A stretch of 64,000 nt of DNA from a virus. Taxonomy: Duplodnaviria; Caudoviricetes. The notes under the pieces were generated by a model. The model ran no database searches. It was not told the DNA's origin and saw nothing but the letters and a program-made list of their open reading frames with translations. The stretch covers positions 6,044 through 70,043 of the IMG/VR virus record IMGVR_UViG_3300020577_005800; one strand, 5' to 3'. The position numbers and the translations under genes were made by a program. Shown here in pieces: positions 27,717 to 37,857 of this stretch (position 1 is its first letter; the number at the start of each line of letters is the position of its first letter).

Positions 27717-29056
27717 TGGCACAACTTCTTGTTCCCAGCGCATACAGCACTATTGCTGCTGCCCTTACTGCTGCCGCTGCCGGTGATGAGATCGTCATCT
27801 CGGCAGGCACGTACACGGAAGCGCTGACCTATACGAGCAAGAACAGCATTGTTATGAGGGCTGCTCAAGGAGAGACTGTAGTCATTACCGGCACGAGTAC
27901 GTTGTTGACGTTGAGTACGAGCGCGCAGTTCAACACGTTTCGAGGTATCACGTTCAAGAGAACTGGCAACTCCACTGCTCGCATGATTTTCGGGTCAGTG
28001 ACCTCGGCATATTCCAACATTTTCATCGACTGCATCTTCGATTGCAGCGAAATGACTGCAACGACTTCTACGTTGCCGTTTGTTGCCGTGGTCGCAGGTA
28101 GTAGCGGGTTTCCCACCATCATGCGTCGTTGCAAGTTCGTCGGTAACGGTTCGACTGTGCAGTGGTCCAACGTGCTGCTTATCTTGGCCAACAGCATCGG
28201 CTCAGGCAATGACACGTTAGTAGAGTCGTGCGTGTTCTACAACATCACGTCCAGCAACGTGAGTACGAATCGTTTCGTTTACTGGAGCGTCGGAGCCGCA
28301 GGAACGGTGGTCTTTAGGAACTGCACCTTTCGTAGCATCCGCTCCTATCGACAGGTGATTCGTATCTTTGCTGGTGCGGGCAGTACGTACTACATCTACA
28401 ATTGCGTGGACTATAACCACACGATGAACTCGCCCAACTCCGGCGAGGGTATGTTCGTGGTGTCGACCGGCAGTGGTATTGTCCGGAATAACACGGTCCA
28501 CAATACCTCGGGCTCGTCATTTGTCATCGCCTCGCCCGATACCTCCGGAAACGTGTATGGGGATTCGTCGCTGGATATCAACGGAGTGCCTCCGCAGACG
28601 ACGAGTAGCATTCTGTATCGCGCAGGTGTGTCTGTCGCTGCCGCAGAAACGAGGTGTTGGCGGGATTATCTCGGCAAGACGTTCTATACGACGCCAAGCC
28701 GAGGAGCTTACGAGATTTTCCCATCCGGAGACCCGTGGCGCGCGATGCTGTTCCTCAAGTACAAATATGCGCTTCCGACAGTAGGATTGACGTGGAACGT
28801 GACAGGACAGTCCGCTGCTACGTTGCCCTCTACCTGGAGAGCATTCAATTCCCCGATGGAACTTGCTGAATTCGTGGAACTTGCAATCAATGGTAATACC
28901 CAAGGCTATAAGATCGGAGCCGAGTTCTGGTTCGATATGTTCAACATGCGCTACCGCTCTACGTGCTATGTTGGAACGTTCTCGTTGAGCACTGCTGCGG
29001 CGGCTGCTATGCTGTTCGGCACCCAATCTCTGACTTTGCAGACAGATACGGGGTGA
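27716..29056 (+). CDS. Right-handed beta-helix (pectin-lyase-like) tail protein
   Basis: YSTIAAALTAAAAGDEIVISAGTYTE start with repeated F-x-N/D-C-x-F coils. Confidence 0.8.
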   Translation: MAQLLVPSAYSTIAAALTAAAAGDEIVISAGTYTEALTYTSKNSIVMRAAQGETVVITGTSTLLTLSTSAQFNTFRGITFKRTGNSTARMIFGSVTSAYSNIFIDCIFDCSEMTATTSTLPFVAVVAGSSGFPTIMRRCKFVGNGSTVQWSNVLLILANSIGSGNDTLVESCVFYNITSSNVSTNRFVYWSVGAAGTVVFRNCTFRSIRSYRQVIRIFAGAGSTYYIYNCVDYNHTMNSPNSGEGMFVVSTGSGIVRNNTVHNTSGSSFVIASPDTSGNVYGDSSLDINGVPPQTTSSILYRAGVSVAAAETRCWRDYLGKTFYTTPSRGAYEIFPSGDPWRAMLFLKYKYALPTVGLTWNVTGQSAATLPSTWRAFNSPMELAEFVELAINGNTQGYKIGAEFWFDMFNMRYRSTCYVGTFSLSTAAAAAMLFGTQSLTLQTDTG

Positions 29057-29476
29057 ATGATGGCACTCTCGGCGGACATGAATACGATACTCTTGAATTA
29101 CGCGCTCGACGAAGATCCTCAAGGTGAAGAGGACTCCAGCATCGTTGAGCGGTTTGCGAACGGCTATGTTCGTGGAGAGGCGTTACCTAGCGGGTCATAT
29201 CGCAATGTATTCTTCTTCCACGGTATCTCTAACAAGGAAGAGTACATCCCGACCTACGGCACGGATGTGGATACCCGTCGGATTTTGGATCAATTCTACG
29301 CAGGCGGTGAATTGCGGGTGTATCGCGATTTCCCTGCCGATCTAACTGCTTGGACTGAAATCAATACGAATGGTTATTCGGACATCACGTCTATGAAAGT
29401 CGGCGATGAGATGTACCCGTGGTTCGATAATACGATGACTCGCTTCTCATTCGACCTTGTTGGTGTGGGGGTCTAA
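29057..29476 (+). CDS. Minor tail protein
   Basis: Contiguous within the tail operon. Confidence 0.6.
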   Translation: MMALSADMNTILLNYALDEDPQGEEDSSIVERFANGYVRGEALPSGSYRNVFFFHGISNKEEYIPTYGTDVDTRRILDQFYAGGELRVYRDFPADLTAWTEINTNGYSDITSMKVGDEMYPWFDNTMTRFSFDLVGVGV

Positions 29477-32338
29477 ATGACGACGTATCGTGATCTGGTA
29501 AGCCAGTATCCCCGAGGAATGAAGTGGGCTTTTGCTCTGACTTTGCAGGGCATTCCCGACATTTTCTCGTGTGGTATGGCTGCTTGGGGTACGATTAACG
29601 GACGTAGTACGGATCGTCCCGGTACGCTGACAACTCGTGATTTCCAGTTGAGCTTTCGTTCTGACCCTCAGAATCCATTGGTCACTGGATCGGGTTTGAG
29701 CGTCACTTTAATCGACGACGGTACAGACTACCTGAACACTCTGTTCGCTCCCGACTACGAAGGCTCGTACACTCACCTGAAACAGACCCTTACGGCTGCT
29801 TCAGCGTCTACTACAGCGACCGTCGAGAACGCTTCGCAAATTTCCATCGGGTATGCTTATGCGGGCTTGGAAACCTTCAATGTGACGGCCAGAGACACTG
29901 TTGCTAACACTCTGACTGTCACTCGGGCGCGCTTTGATACGGTGAGGCGAACGTTCAATTACGTAGGAGGTCGTGGGGTCAAGATTACGACTTCTCCTCG
30001 TCTGATGGAGGGTCGTATTGCTGAAATTTGGGTTGCCCCAGTAGATTCAGCAACCGGGGCCGCTATCGTGTCCGATGCCGCTCCTATCTGGGCAGGAGTG
30101 CTCAAGCAGGTTCGCCAGTCCGACGAGAGTATCGAACTTCAGCTTGAGCCTCTGGATTCCATTCTTCAGACGGCGTGGCCCTCGGTCTTGCCGGCCGGGG
30201 CGCTGTACCAGAGATTGAATCAATTCAACCTCAACTACGGCCACTGGACGATGCGTATCGCGACGCTCGGGTATAACGGCTCGGTCACCAATACGGAGTA
30301 TCGCGACCTGCAACTCGGTGAGTATAACAACGTGGGTACTTTCACTGTCGCTACTCCGGCCACGGGTATGTACTCGTTGCAGTACATCGTTAAGCTGATT
30401 CAGGACACGCTTGCGAATTACTTGGCTACTACGACAGACGAGCCGTTTTACGGGGCAGGCAATCGACCTTTCAAGAATCGAATTTCGATGGCTGTCGTGC
30501 AGGTGGACGAGGATCGACTGAAGGTAGTCGGGCAATTGAGTCCTAATGCTGCCACGCTCGGCACCGGAGGCAGCCTCACTGCCCGTATCGAGTTCCGTGA
30601 TAATGTCGGTATCTTCACGAAGATCGGGAGATTTTCGCCACTGGAAATCGGTTCGCGCGAGCAAGTCCTCAAGAATCTGAGGAATAACTATACCTACATC
30701 ACGGAAGGCGACGACTCGATCGATCTCTACTGCGATAACCCAGACTATCCTTTCTCTGTCGCCTTTAAGGACTACCTGTCGGGCAATAGTCAGGGGTATG
30801 TACGTATCGCCGACGGGTCAGATGTTGAGATTATCGCATACACAGGCGTCACCATTGATACCAACGACAAGCGTAAGGTGACCATCACCGGCTGTATTCG
30901 AGGACTTGGAGGAACCAAGCCTCGGAAGTGGGGATACGACGACGACGCGAGGACTAGCGTTCAGACGAAGGCAACGGTCACTCAGTTGTTGATGATGTCT
31001 TCGCCGATGGGATTCTCGGCAGGACTTACGCCTCTCTATATGGATCAAATCGTTGGCGGGCTGCTCATGTCCACCACGGATCCGGGTCAGCAGGGAGGCA
31101 CTTACCACGACTATCTGTATGGCTACGGTATGGGCATGCAGATGCCTGCCCGCTATGTGGATTACGAAGGCATGCAAGCGATTGCCTATGCAACTGGGTC
31201 GTTCCAGGCGAATCGGTTCTGGGTAGATGAGGGAGGAAAAGGAAAGGACCAGTTTTCTGAGTTGCTGAAGCTCGCAGGCATGTATCTCGTCGCAAAACGA
31301 TTCACTCGTGGCGGGACGCAGTATTTCGGGCTGAGCCTGGAAACCATCACGGTCCCCGCATATACGCAGTACAACGATACGTTCACCGATACAGAGCGTA
31401 GGTCTGGATCGGAAGTCGAAAAGGACCACAATAATCGTCTGCTGATCAATTCGGTGATGATCAAGCCTTTCGGCCCGACCTCCTGGGGCCAGAAGGAATC
31501 GGATGGGCAGCCTCTTTACGAGTGGGATGAGTGGTCCATTGCGGAGCACGGAGCATCAAAAACACTGGAATTCAAACCGAGCGTGTTTTTCAATACGTTC
31601 GATGACCGTACCCTCGGTCTCTCGTTCCAGGGCCGTGACGCTCAAGCGGCTCAGTTGACTTCTTCGGCCTCGCGCTGGTTCGGCGCCTTTGGCCGGGGCA
31701 ACTATATTCTGTCGTGCGAGGCGGCTGCCCCGGTCGGATACAAGTACCAGATCGGGGATCGGATTCTGTATTCGTTCTCCGGAGTCAGAAATCCCCAAGG
31801 GTCTCTGGGAATGACGGGCTCGGTCGGGAAGGTGACTGCAATCGAGCACTACTACGGGTCACGAGCCAAGACGCATATCTCGGCCCGCCTCGCGTATGAG
31901 GACGTATCGGAACTCGCTCCGTGTGCTCGCGTGACTGCTATTACGTCGAGCACGTTGACGGTCGATGCGAACTATTTCAGTGCCACAAGTCAATTTATTC
32001 CGTTCACCACTACTCGTGGAGCGACGGACGCTGAGTGGTTCGATCCGATTGACTACGGCGGGAATATCTACTGCATTATCTGGACGGAGGGAGAATACGC
32101 AGCGTCCGTCGCTTCTTTTCAGGTCACTTCGCGCACGGGCAATACGTTGACCGTCAATACCAACATGACGGCTCTGACAGTCGCTACCAATCTGGGACTC
32201 GGTAAACGCACGATTATGAGCTTCGCGGTGTATTCCGCAAGTCTAGGCACGAGTCTTCAGCGACAGTATGCTCACGCGGCGAGCAATAGTTCGCCTCCGC
32301 TGCTGGACAGCACGAATGCGGCTAAGGAGTATTTCTAA
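29477..32338 (+). CDS. Large tail-tip/hub protein
   Basis: 953 aa, beta-rich, in the tail operon. Confidence 0.65.
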   Translation: MTTYRDLVSQYPRGMKWAFALTLQGIPDIFSCGMAAWGTINGRSTDRPGTLTTRDFQLSFRSDPQNPLVTGSGLSVTLIDDGTDYLNTLFAPDYEGSYTHLKQTLTAASASTTATVENASQISIGYAYAGLETFNVTARDTVANTLTVTRARFDTVRRTFNYVGGRGVKITTSPRLMEGRIAEIWVAPVDSATGAAIVSDAAPIWAGVLKQVRQSDESIELQLEPLDSILQTAWPSVLPAGALYQRLNQFNLNYGHWTMRIATLGYNGSVTNTEYRDLQLGEYNNVGTFTVATPATGMYSLQYIVKLIQDTLANYLATTTDEPFYGAGNRPFKNRISMAVVQVDEDRLKVVGQLSPNAATLGTGGSLTARIEFRDNVGIFTKIGRFSPLEIGSREQVLKNLRNNYTYITEGDDSIDLYCDNPDYPFSVAFKDYLSGNSQGYVRIADGSDVEIIAYTGVTIDTNDKRKVTITGCIRGLGGTKPRKWGYDDDARTSVQTKATVTQLLMMSSPMGFSAGLTPLYMDQIVGGLLMSTTDPGQQGGTYHDYLYGYGMGMQMPARYVDYEGMQAIAYATGSFQANRFWVDEGGKGKDQFSELLKLAGMYLVAKRFTRGGTQYFGLSLETITVPAYTQYNDTFTDTERRSGSEVEKDHNNRLLINSVMIKPFGPTSWGQKESDGQPLYEWDEWSIAEHGASKTLEFKPSVFFNTFDDRTLGLSFQGRDAQAAQLTSSASRWFGAFGRGNYILSCEAAAPVGYKYQIGDRILYSFSGVRNPQGSLGMTGSVGKVTAIEHYYGSRAKTHISARLAYEDVSELAPCARVTAITSSTLTVDANYFSATSQFIPFTTTRGATDAEWFDPIDYGGNIYCIIWTEGEYAASVASFQVTSRTGNTLTVNTNMTALTVATNLGLGKRTIMSFAVYSASLGTSLQRQYAHAASNSSPPLLDSTNAAKEYF

Positions 32339-33465
32339 TGACCTATTCACAAGATGCGTCGTTCCGCTTTCGTCCTTATCGCGACGGGGAATTCGATCCC
32401 CAGCGCCCTGTCATCATCGGAGCCGAAACTTCTGGTAATTATCGCCGAGGAACGCAGGATATTGCCTATAACCAGAACACGCTTTGGGGACAAATCGGCC
32501 ATCCGCTCATCAACGATGCGCAGGGTGTGAACATTACGCTGACCGCTGCTGCGACCAATTACGATGTGGCGGTCTACAAGTTCCCCATTCCTTGGTATCT
32601 GAATTCAGGTACGAGCAGTGGACGCAAGTATCTGAAGGTGTCGATGGTTGCGAGTGTCAGCGCCGGTACTGCGACGCTGAAGGGGCGCGTCGGAACTCTG
32701 GCAGGCACTACGACCGCAGGCTCGACGTTCGGCGCCGCTGTTTCCACCGTCACGATGAACATCCCCATCGACCACGGCTCGCAGTATGACTACGTGATTC
32801 TGACACTACGAGGTACGAGCGCCGGTGCTGTGGTGTCACTCTATGGGATCTTCGGATGGATTCTGCCATTCACGTCGGCGGCCGATCTCGGTTCGGGTAC
32901 TGCGGCGTATCGTGCAGACATCTATCATCCGGTCGACAGCACTGCGCAAACGGCCGTGAATATGCCGTTGAACGTGCATCTGATGAGATCGTACAATCAG
33001 GCCAATGAGGTGATGTATCGGCAGAACGTACGGCCGGTAGTCACCTATTGCAATCAAAAGAACTACGGTACGTTGTTCGCCGCATCGACAGGTACAGGCC
33101 AAATCAGTATGGTCATGGGTTCATCGGCTTCTACTCGACAGACTTCTCGCGAATGGTTGTACTTCCCAAGACAGGGCGTGGTCGGACTTGCCGTGTTCAT
33201 TGATGCCTATGTCAGCGCTTGGGCTAGTGCGGCTGATAATTGCACGGTGAACGTAGGTTTTTCTGGGTTCCCGCCGTATCGGTTCACGGTGAACAAGGCA
33301 AATGCCTTTTCGTCGTCTACTTGGCTGGTGGAGAACTTCGGCAACACCATCTCCGTGCCGAACGGCCCGGGTCCCTACTTCCTCCAGATTTACCCGGAGT
33401 CGAATAGCAATAAGACTGTCAACCTCATGGGCGTCTCCATCTTCGAGTACAATCGGGGGCAATAA
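32338..33465 (+). CDS. Tail-tip/receptor-binding candidate
   Basis: Thr/Ser/Gly-rich, beta-sandwich-like composition. Confidence 0.55.
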   Translation: MTYSQDASFRFRPYRDGEFDPQRPVIIGAETSGNYRRGTQDIAYNQNTLWGQIGHPLINDAQGVNITLTAAATNYDVAVYKFPIPWYLNSGTSSGRKYLKVSMVASVSAGTATLKGRVGTLAGTTTAGSTFGAAVSTVTMNIPIDHGSQYDYVILTLRGTSAGAVVSLYGIFGWILPFTSAADLGSGTAAYRADIYHPVDSTAQTAVNMPLNVHLMRSYNQANEVMYRQNVRPVVTYCNQKNYGTLFAASTGTGQISMVMGSSASTRQTSREWLYFPRQGVVGLAVFIDAYVSAWASAADNCTVNVGFSGFPPYRFTVNKANAFSSSTWLVENFGNTISVPNGPGPYFLQIYPESNSNKTVNLMGVSIFEYNRGQ

Positions 33466-34061
33466 TGGCAGTCGAATATACCGGCAAAAATGTACTGACC
33501 TATAAGCAGGAGGATTATCGTGTCATCAAAAACGGCACGACCAATACCTCCGAGTTGATGATTCGCACGACCAACAATCAAACGTGGCTCGCGGTGCAGG
33601 ACGTACCTGCGTGCAACTTCTTGAATAGTGCGAGCGGTGCTGTTTGGAACTCGGTGGATGGGCGCTGTCTTGTGCGTGTTCCGCCTTTTGTTACACACGT
33701 CGAGATGTGGTTCTTGTGTAAGCGCGACGACGTGACCTCCGCCACGCAGTTGCCGTACGTCGAAATTGAATCCACAAACACAGGGCTCATTTCTCGCAAC
33801 AATCTCGTACTTGGCGGTTCGGATTCGACGGGCAAGGGCGGTATTGAAAACGAACTCACGGCGGCCATGTGGTTGATGTTCTCGGGCATTGCCGTGGAAT
33901 CTGGCTCAATCGCTCCCCGTGCGCTGAAGGTCCGGAGCAGTACGGATATGAATACGTGGATCGAAGACACGATTAAATTCCGCACGTCAACGAATATGTT
34001 GCTGTATACCGGCTTCTGGCGCGCTATTCCTACGGACGGGCCGTTGATTTCTCAGACCTAG
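33465..34061 (+). CDS. Minor tail protein
   Basis: Last ORF of the tail operon. Confidence 0.55.
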   Translation: MAVEYTGKNVLTYKQEDYRVIKNGTTNTSELMIRTTNNQTWLAVQDVPACNFLNSASGAVWNSVDGRCLVRVPPFVTHVEMWFLCKRDDVTSATQLPYVEIESTNTGLISRNNLVLGGSDSTGKGGIENELTAAMWLMFSGIAVESGSIAPRALKVRSSTDMNTWIEDTIKFRTSTNMLLYTGFWRAIPTDGPLISQT

Positions 34062-34112
34062 TTGACCTCCAGAGACCTGTTGGGTTACGTTCAACAGAAT
34101 GGGAGGTGCGTT

Positions 34113-34913
34113 ATGAAGCACATCATTCTGACCATCATCAAGCTGAGCGATCTTCCCGACGCACCCTCGTTGCTGTCGAAATGCTTCAGTTTTTTCAATC
34201 CCGTCGTCGACGGTCGAGCCACGTACCTGCGTAATTTCACGGCCCTATCGTGCAAATTCAATCAGTATCCTCAGGCGGGTGCTCTGGCTGATGCTGCTGG
34301 AATCGAGCGCCAGTCCTGGGAATGGCTCAGTTTCCGCAACCTCGAACAGGCGAAGAAGGAAGGTGCCGCCCACGGCAAGGCTGCCCGAAAGCATCAATCC
34401 AAGATGCACTGGGCCAATGGCGAGGCCGAATGGGCCGGCACAGGCAAGTTTCCGAAGACGTTCGAGCCCTACAAGTCGATGGAGGCGTACATCGACGCCT
34501 TCAAGAACGAGACGGATTCCAAGCTGACCTATAACGGGTTCTCGTGGGCGGTGACTTCGGATGGTCGCCGGCTGCACGACAAGCAACTCATTCGCAAGTT
34601 CGATGCTTGGGGACCGATGAACTACGGCACCTCTCGAACGGGAATCATCAAATTCTGGACTCCGAAGTGTTTCAAATACGGTGGTGTCCCTCCGGTCATT
34701 CCGATGGTCGGCGTTGGGCGAATCGGGAATGACGGTCAGTGGGGATTCTGGGACACCCACAAGCATCTCCTCACTTCCACCCCGGTTGACGGTGTGGCTT
34801 TCTTTTTCGGCAACGGCGCGAAGTCGATGATGCTGGAAGGTAACGCAGCACACCCTCCGCTTGTGAAATGCGCCGAGGAATTGCGTCAAATCTGGGCGGA
34901 GGTGCGGGCATGA
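34113..34913 (+). CDS. Putative endolysin (family not recognised)
   Basis: Soluble 266-aa ORF with GGAGGT RBS, directly before several membrane ORFs. Confidence 0.4.
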   Translation: MKHIILTIIKLSDLPDAPSLLSKCFSFFNPVVDGRATYLRNFTALSCKFNQYPQAGALADAAGIERQSWEWLSFRNLEQAKKEGAAHGKAARKHQSKMHWANGEAEWAGTGKFPKTFEPYKSMEAYIDAFKNETDSKLTYNGFSWAVTSDGRRLHDKQLIRKFDAWGPMNYGTSRTGIIKFWTPKCFKYGGVPPVIPMVGVGRIGNDGQWGFWDTHKHLLTSTPVDGVAFFFGNGAKSMMLEGNAAHPPLVKCAEELRQIWAEVRA

Positions 34914-35299
34914 CTCAGGCAATAACGAAGAAGCAACTTACAGCCTGGAGTAAGATTGCTGCGTGGGCCGTTGGCGTAATTTTTACCATTTGTGGCGCTG
35001 TTTGGGGCACCGCGCTGGTGATGGCAGCCAAGGAGACACGCATCGACAAGATCGAGGAAACGGCCAAGGCTAGCGCTGTCTGGGTTCAGGAAGCCGACAA
35101 AGAAAAACAGTCGTGGGGAATTACTGTCCCCGGACTGAAGGAAGAGGTCTCTGGCTTACGCCAAGATGTGAAGGCTCTGACTGTCGAAGTAGGCAAACTG
35201 ACTACGGCCATCACGGTTCGGGAAAAACTCTCGGAGCGTTTCTGGTCCGTTGACTGGCCTGGAATCACGCGCCGGGTCGAGAAGATGGAGGAAAAGTAA
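34910..35299 (+). CDS. Membrane protein with coiled coil (holin/antiholin-like)
   Basis: N-terminal TM WAVGVIFTICGAVWGTALV. Confidence 0.55.
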   Translation: MTQAITKKQLTAWSKIAAWAVGVIFTICGAVWGTALVMAAKETRIDKIEETAKASAVWVQEADKEKQSWGITVPGLKEEVSGLRQDVKALTVEVGKLTTAITVREKLSERFWSVDWPGITRRVEKMEEK

Positions 35300-35301
35300 T
35301 C

Positions 35302-35568
35302 ATGGTCAGTAAGATGAGTAAGGTTTGGGCTCTCGTCATCGCAGCCGGCTGGACTCTTTTCGGAGTCGGTGTCGTGCTACTCAGCGAGATTTTCCTGCGT
35401 GGACGTGGCGCGGACAACACGGCCGTTTCGGCGTTGACCATTGTTGGGACCACGATCGCTGCCGCCGGCCCAGGAGTCGCGAAGTGGTTCACCGGAGATT
35501 CGCCTGAGTCTGTTCATGTTGCCAGCCCTGTTGCCGATACGGAGCAGAAGGAGTCGGAGGACAAGTGA
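35302..35568 (+). CDS. Holin-like protein with two TM segments
   Basis: Two hydrophobic segments and a charged C-terminal tail. Confidence 0.55.
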   Translation: MVSKMSKVWALVIAAGWTLFGVGVVLLSEIFLRGRGADNTAVSALTIVGTTIAAAGPGVAKWFTGDSPESVHVASPVADTEQKESEDK

Positions 35569-35939
35569 AGGCTTTCTTTCAGAAATTCTGGTGGATAGTC
35601 GTCGCGCTGGCTCTGGCCGGGTTTGCTTACTTTCGCCACATCAAGCAGAAGGCTGCCAAAGCGAAGGTGCTCGAAGAGATGGCGCTGAGTCGCATCAAAT
35701 TCGACGAGCAGTACAAAGAGATTGGGGTGAAGGACCGGCAGAAAGCTAGGGACCTTCGAGTGGAACGAGCGAAGGCCGAAGCGGCGTTGAAGGAGAAGCA
35801 GGATGAAATCGATCGCGCGATTTCTGGGGACGATGATGCTCTTATTCGTGCTTGGAATCGGGCCTTTGGCGCAAGCCCAAGACTCGACACCGGACACGAC
35901 GGTGATCCGGATCAACCGGGCGGACCCCGACTGTTCTGA
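35565..35939 (+). CDS. Inner-membrane spanin-like protein
   Basis: N-terminal TM FWWIVVALALAGFAYF followed by a coiled coil. Confidence 0.5.
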   Translation: MKAFFQKFWWIVVALALAGFAYFRHIKQKAAKAKVLEEMALSRIKFDEQYKEIGVKDRQKARDLRVERAKAEAALKEKQDEIDRAISGDDDALIRAWNRAFGASPRLDTGHDGDPDQPGGPRLF

Positions 35940-36276
35940 ATTTCTCCTCCAGGTTGGTCTTGAATTTGGTGGGACATATGGCGCCGTGTGTCCCACATTC
36001 TCCGGCTTCCTCGTGAAGAGGAGTGATATGGAGAATGCACTCAAACTCAAGAAGGACTACGACGACTTAGTTCTCGCCAAGCAGTTCGACGACCGAACGA
36101 ATCAGGACAAAATCGAGTCGTTGGAGGAAACCATCGACACAAAGGATAGAGAAATCGTGGGGCTTCAACGTCTCATTCTCGATTCCGACGAATTCGTCAT
36201 TTACGAGAGCCCCTGGTTCTGGGGCTTCGTAGGACTCGTGGCTGGCGGTGTCGCCGGCTATTTCATCGCAAACTAG
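35803..36276 (+). CDS. Exported coiled-coil protein with C-terminal TM, overlapping the spanin-like gene
   Basis: Signal peptide (AQA cleavage site), coiled coil, C-terminal WFWGFVGLVAGGVAGYF. Confidence 0.55.
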   Translation: MKSIARFLGTMMLLFVLGIGPLAQAQDSTPDTTVIRINRADPDCSEFLLQVGLEFGGTYGAVCPTFSGFLVKRSDMENALKLKKDYDDLVLAKQFDDRTNQDKIESLEETIDTKDREIVGLQRLILDSDEFVIYESPWFWGFVGLVAGGVAGYFIAN

Positions 36277-36285
36277 GAGGCCACC

Positions 36286-36657
36286 ATGCCACGACATAGC
36301 CAGCAAACCATTCGAGCGTCTGGAGCGACGGCGGCCAGCGCTGAAAGTACCGCAATTGATCTCTGGGGCGAGAACTTTGGGCATCATGCCCATCATATCG
36401 CCGAGCGAGCCGTGTGTTATCTGGACTGCACTGTCAAGGTCGGCACCACGCTCGACGTGACGATTCAGGACTCCCCAGACGGGACTACGTGGTATGACGT
36501 TGGAGCGTTCGCCCAGGTCACTGCGGTGTCGTCCAAGCGTTTGTCGGTCGCCGGCCCTCTGGGACGCTACGTGCGTGCGAAGTGGGTCATCGCAGGGGGT
36601 TCGTTCACGTTCTCCGTGTCTGCGGAATGGGAGCGCCCGCTCACGGAGCCGAAGTAA
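36286..36657 (+). CDS. Small beta-sandwich protein, possibly virion-associated
   Basis: LDVTIQDSPDGTTWYDV...GRYVRAKW pattern; AGGAGG RBS. Confidence 0.6.
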   Translation: MPRHSQQTIRASGATAASAESTAIDLWGENFGHHAHHIAERAVCYLDCTVKVGTTLDVTIQDSPDGTTWYDVGAFAQVTAVSSKRLSVAGPLGRYVRAKWVIAGGSFTFSVSAEWERPLTEPK

Positions 36658-36660
36658 TCT

Positions 36661-37857
36661 GTGGGCCGCAAGGCTCCTGTCGTCAACGAACTGATCGAGG
36701 CGCTGGGGAGGAAGTATCTTCTCAGGCGTCCCGAGTTCGTCAACGCTCACAAGAAGGCCAAAAAGGCAGGTTTCGACCTCACCCCTGAACAATATCGAGC
36801 GCTGTTGGCAGACGTTAAGAATCTGAAGCAGTTGTTCAAGTTGACTGATGTCGATGAGACGAAGCACGAGATTCTGGATTTCACGGTAAATCAGTGGTCT
36901 CGCGGCAACACCCAGGTGAAAGCGCGCCTGCGGCCCAAGAGCACCAAGCAGCCGTTGGTTCGTCCGGAATTCATCCCTCCTGTCGTCACGATTCGCAAGC
37001 CGAAGAAGACGGGCATGGAGGTGATGTGCATTCCAGACACCCACATTGGGTATTTCGAGGAAGATGGCTGTCTACATCCGACACACAATCCGACGGCGAT
37101 GGCACTTATCGTGGAAGCCGCTCGGTATTTCCAGCCTAAAGTAGTCATTTTCCTCGGCGACCTTCTGGACCTTCCTACGTTCAGCACGTTCCTCCAGGAC
37201 CCGTCACATCGACAGGTCTGTAATTGGGCGTTGCAGACGGCGGTCGATTTCCTCAAGGCGGTGCGTGAAGCATGTCCGAGGGCGGAGATTCTGTTCATTC
37301 AAGGCAATCACGAGGAGCGGATTGCCAAGATGACCAAGACGTTTCTGCCGGAGCTTCAGGGGCTCAAACGCCCTGGAGAGGATGAGGCGCTCTTGAGCGT
37401 ATCATATCTTCTCCGTCTGACCGAGATGAATATCGCCTACATCGGCCCGTACGGAGAGCATCATTTCCGTAGCGGTGTCCGGTACATGCACGGCGAACTC
37501 ATTGGGGCAGCGGGCGGACTCACGGTTGCCAAGCTCCTGAAGGAGTATGCGGAGGATACGGTCACAGGCCACGTTCATCGGCTTGAGGTCGCGTTCCGAA
37601 CGTGGCATCGAAACGACGAAATCTACTACACTTACGCGATGGACTGTGGCACTCTCGCCCGCATTGACGGGAAGGTTCCCGGCCCGAGATATCCGGATTG
37701 GCAGCTAGGTTTTGGCTCAATCTGGTTCGGCAACGAACCTCACGTCTTCCCCATTCGCGGCGACATGATGTCCGTGATGGGAATCATCTTTTCCGCGAAC
37801 GCGACTCTGGTCGACAAGTTCTCGGCGAAGGGCGACGCGGAGGCCGAAGATGAGTGA
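36661..37857 (+). CDS. Calcineurin-like metallophosphoesterase
   Basis: PDTH, LGDLLD, GNHE, MHG and GHVHR motifs. Confidence 0.9.
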   Translation: MGRKAPVVNELIEALGRKYLLRRPEFVNAHKKAKKAGFDLTPEQYRALLADVKNLKQLFKLTDVDETKHEILDFTVNQWSRGNTQVKARLRPKSTKQPLVRPEFIPPVVTIRKPKKTGMEVMCIPDTHIGYFEEDGCLHPTHNPTAMALIVEAARYFQPKVVIFLGDLLDLPTFSTFLQDPSHRQVCNWALQTAVDFLKAVREACPRAEILFIQGNHEERIAKMTKTFLPELQGLKRPGEDEALLSVSYLLRLTEMNIAYIGPYGEHHFRSGVRYMHGELIGAAGGLTVAKLLKEYAEDTVTGHVHRLEVAFRTWHRNDEIYYTYAMDCGTLARIDGKVPGPRYPDWQLGFGSIWFGNEPHVFPIRGDMMSVMGIIFSANATLVDKFSAKGDAEAEDE

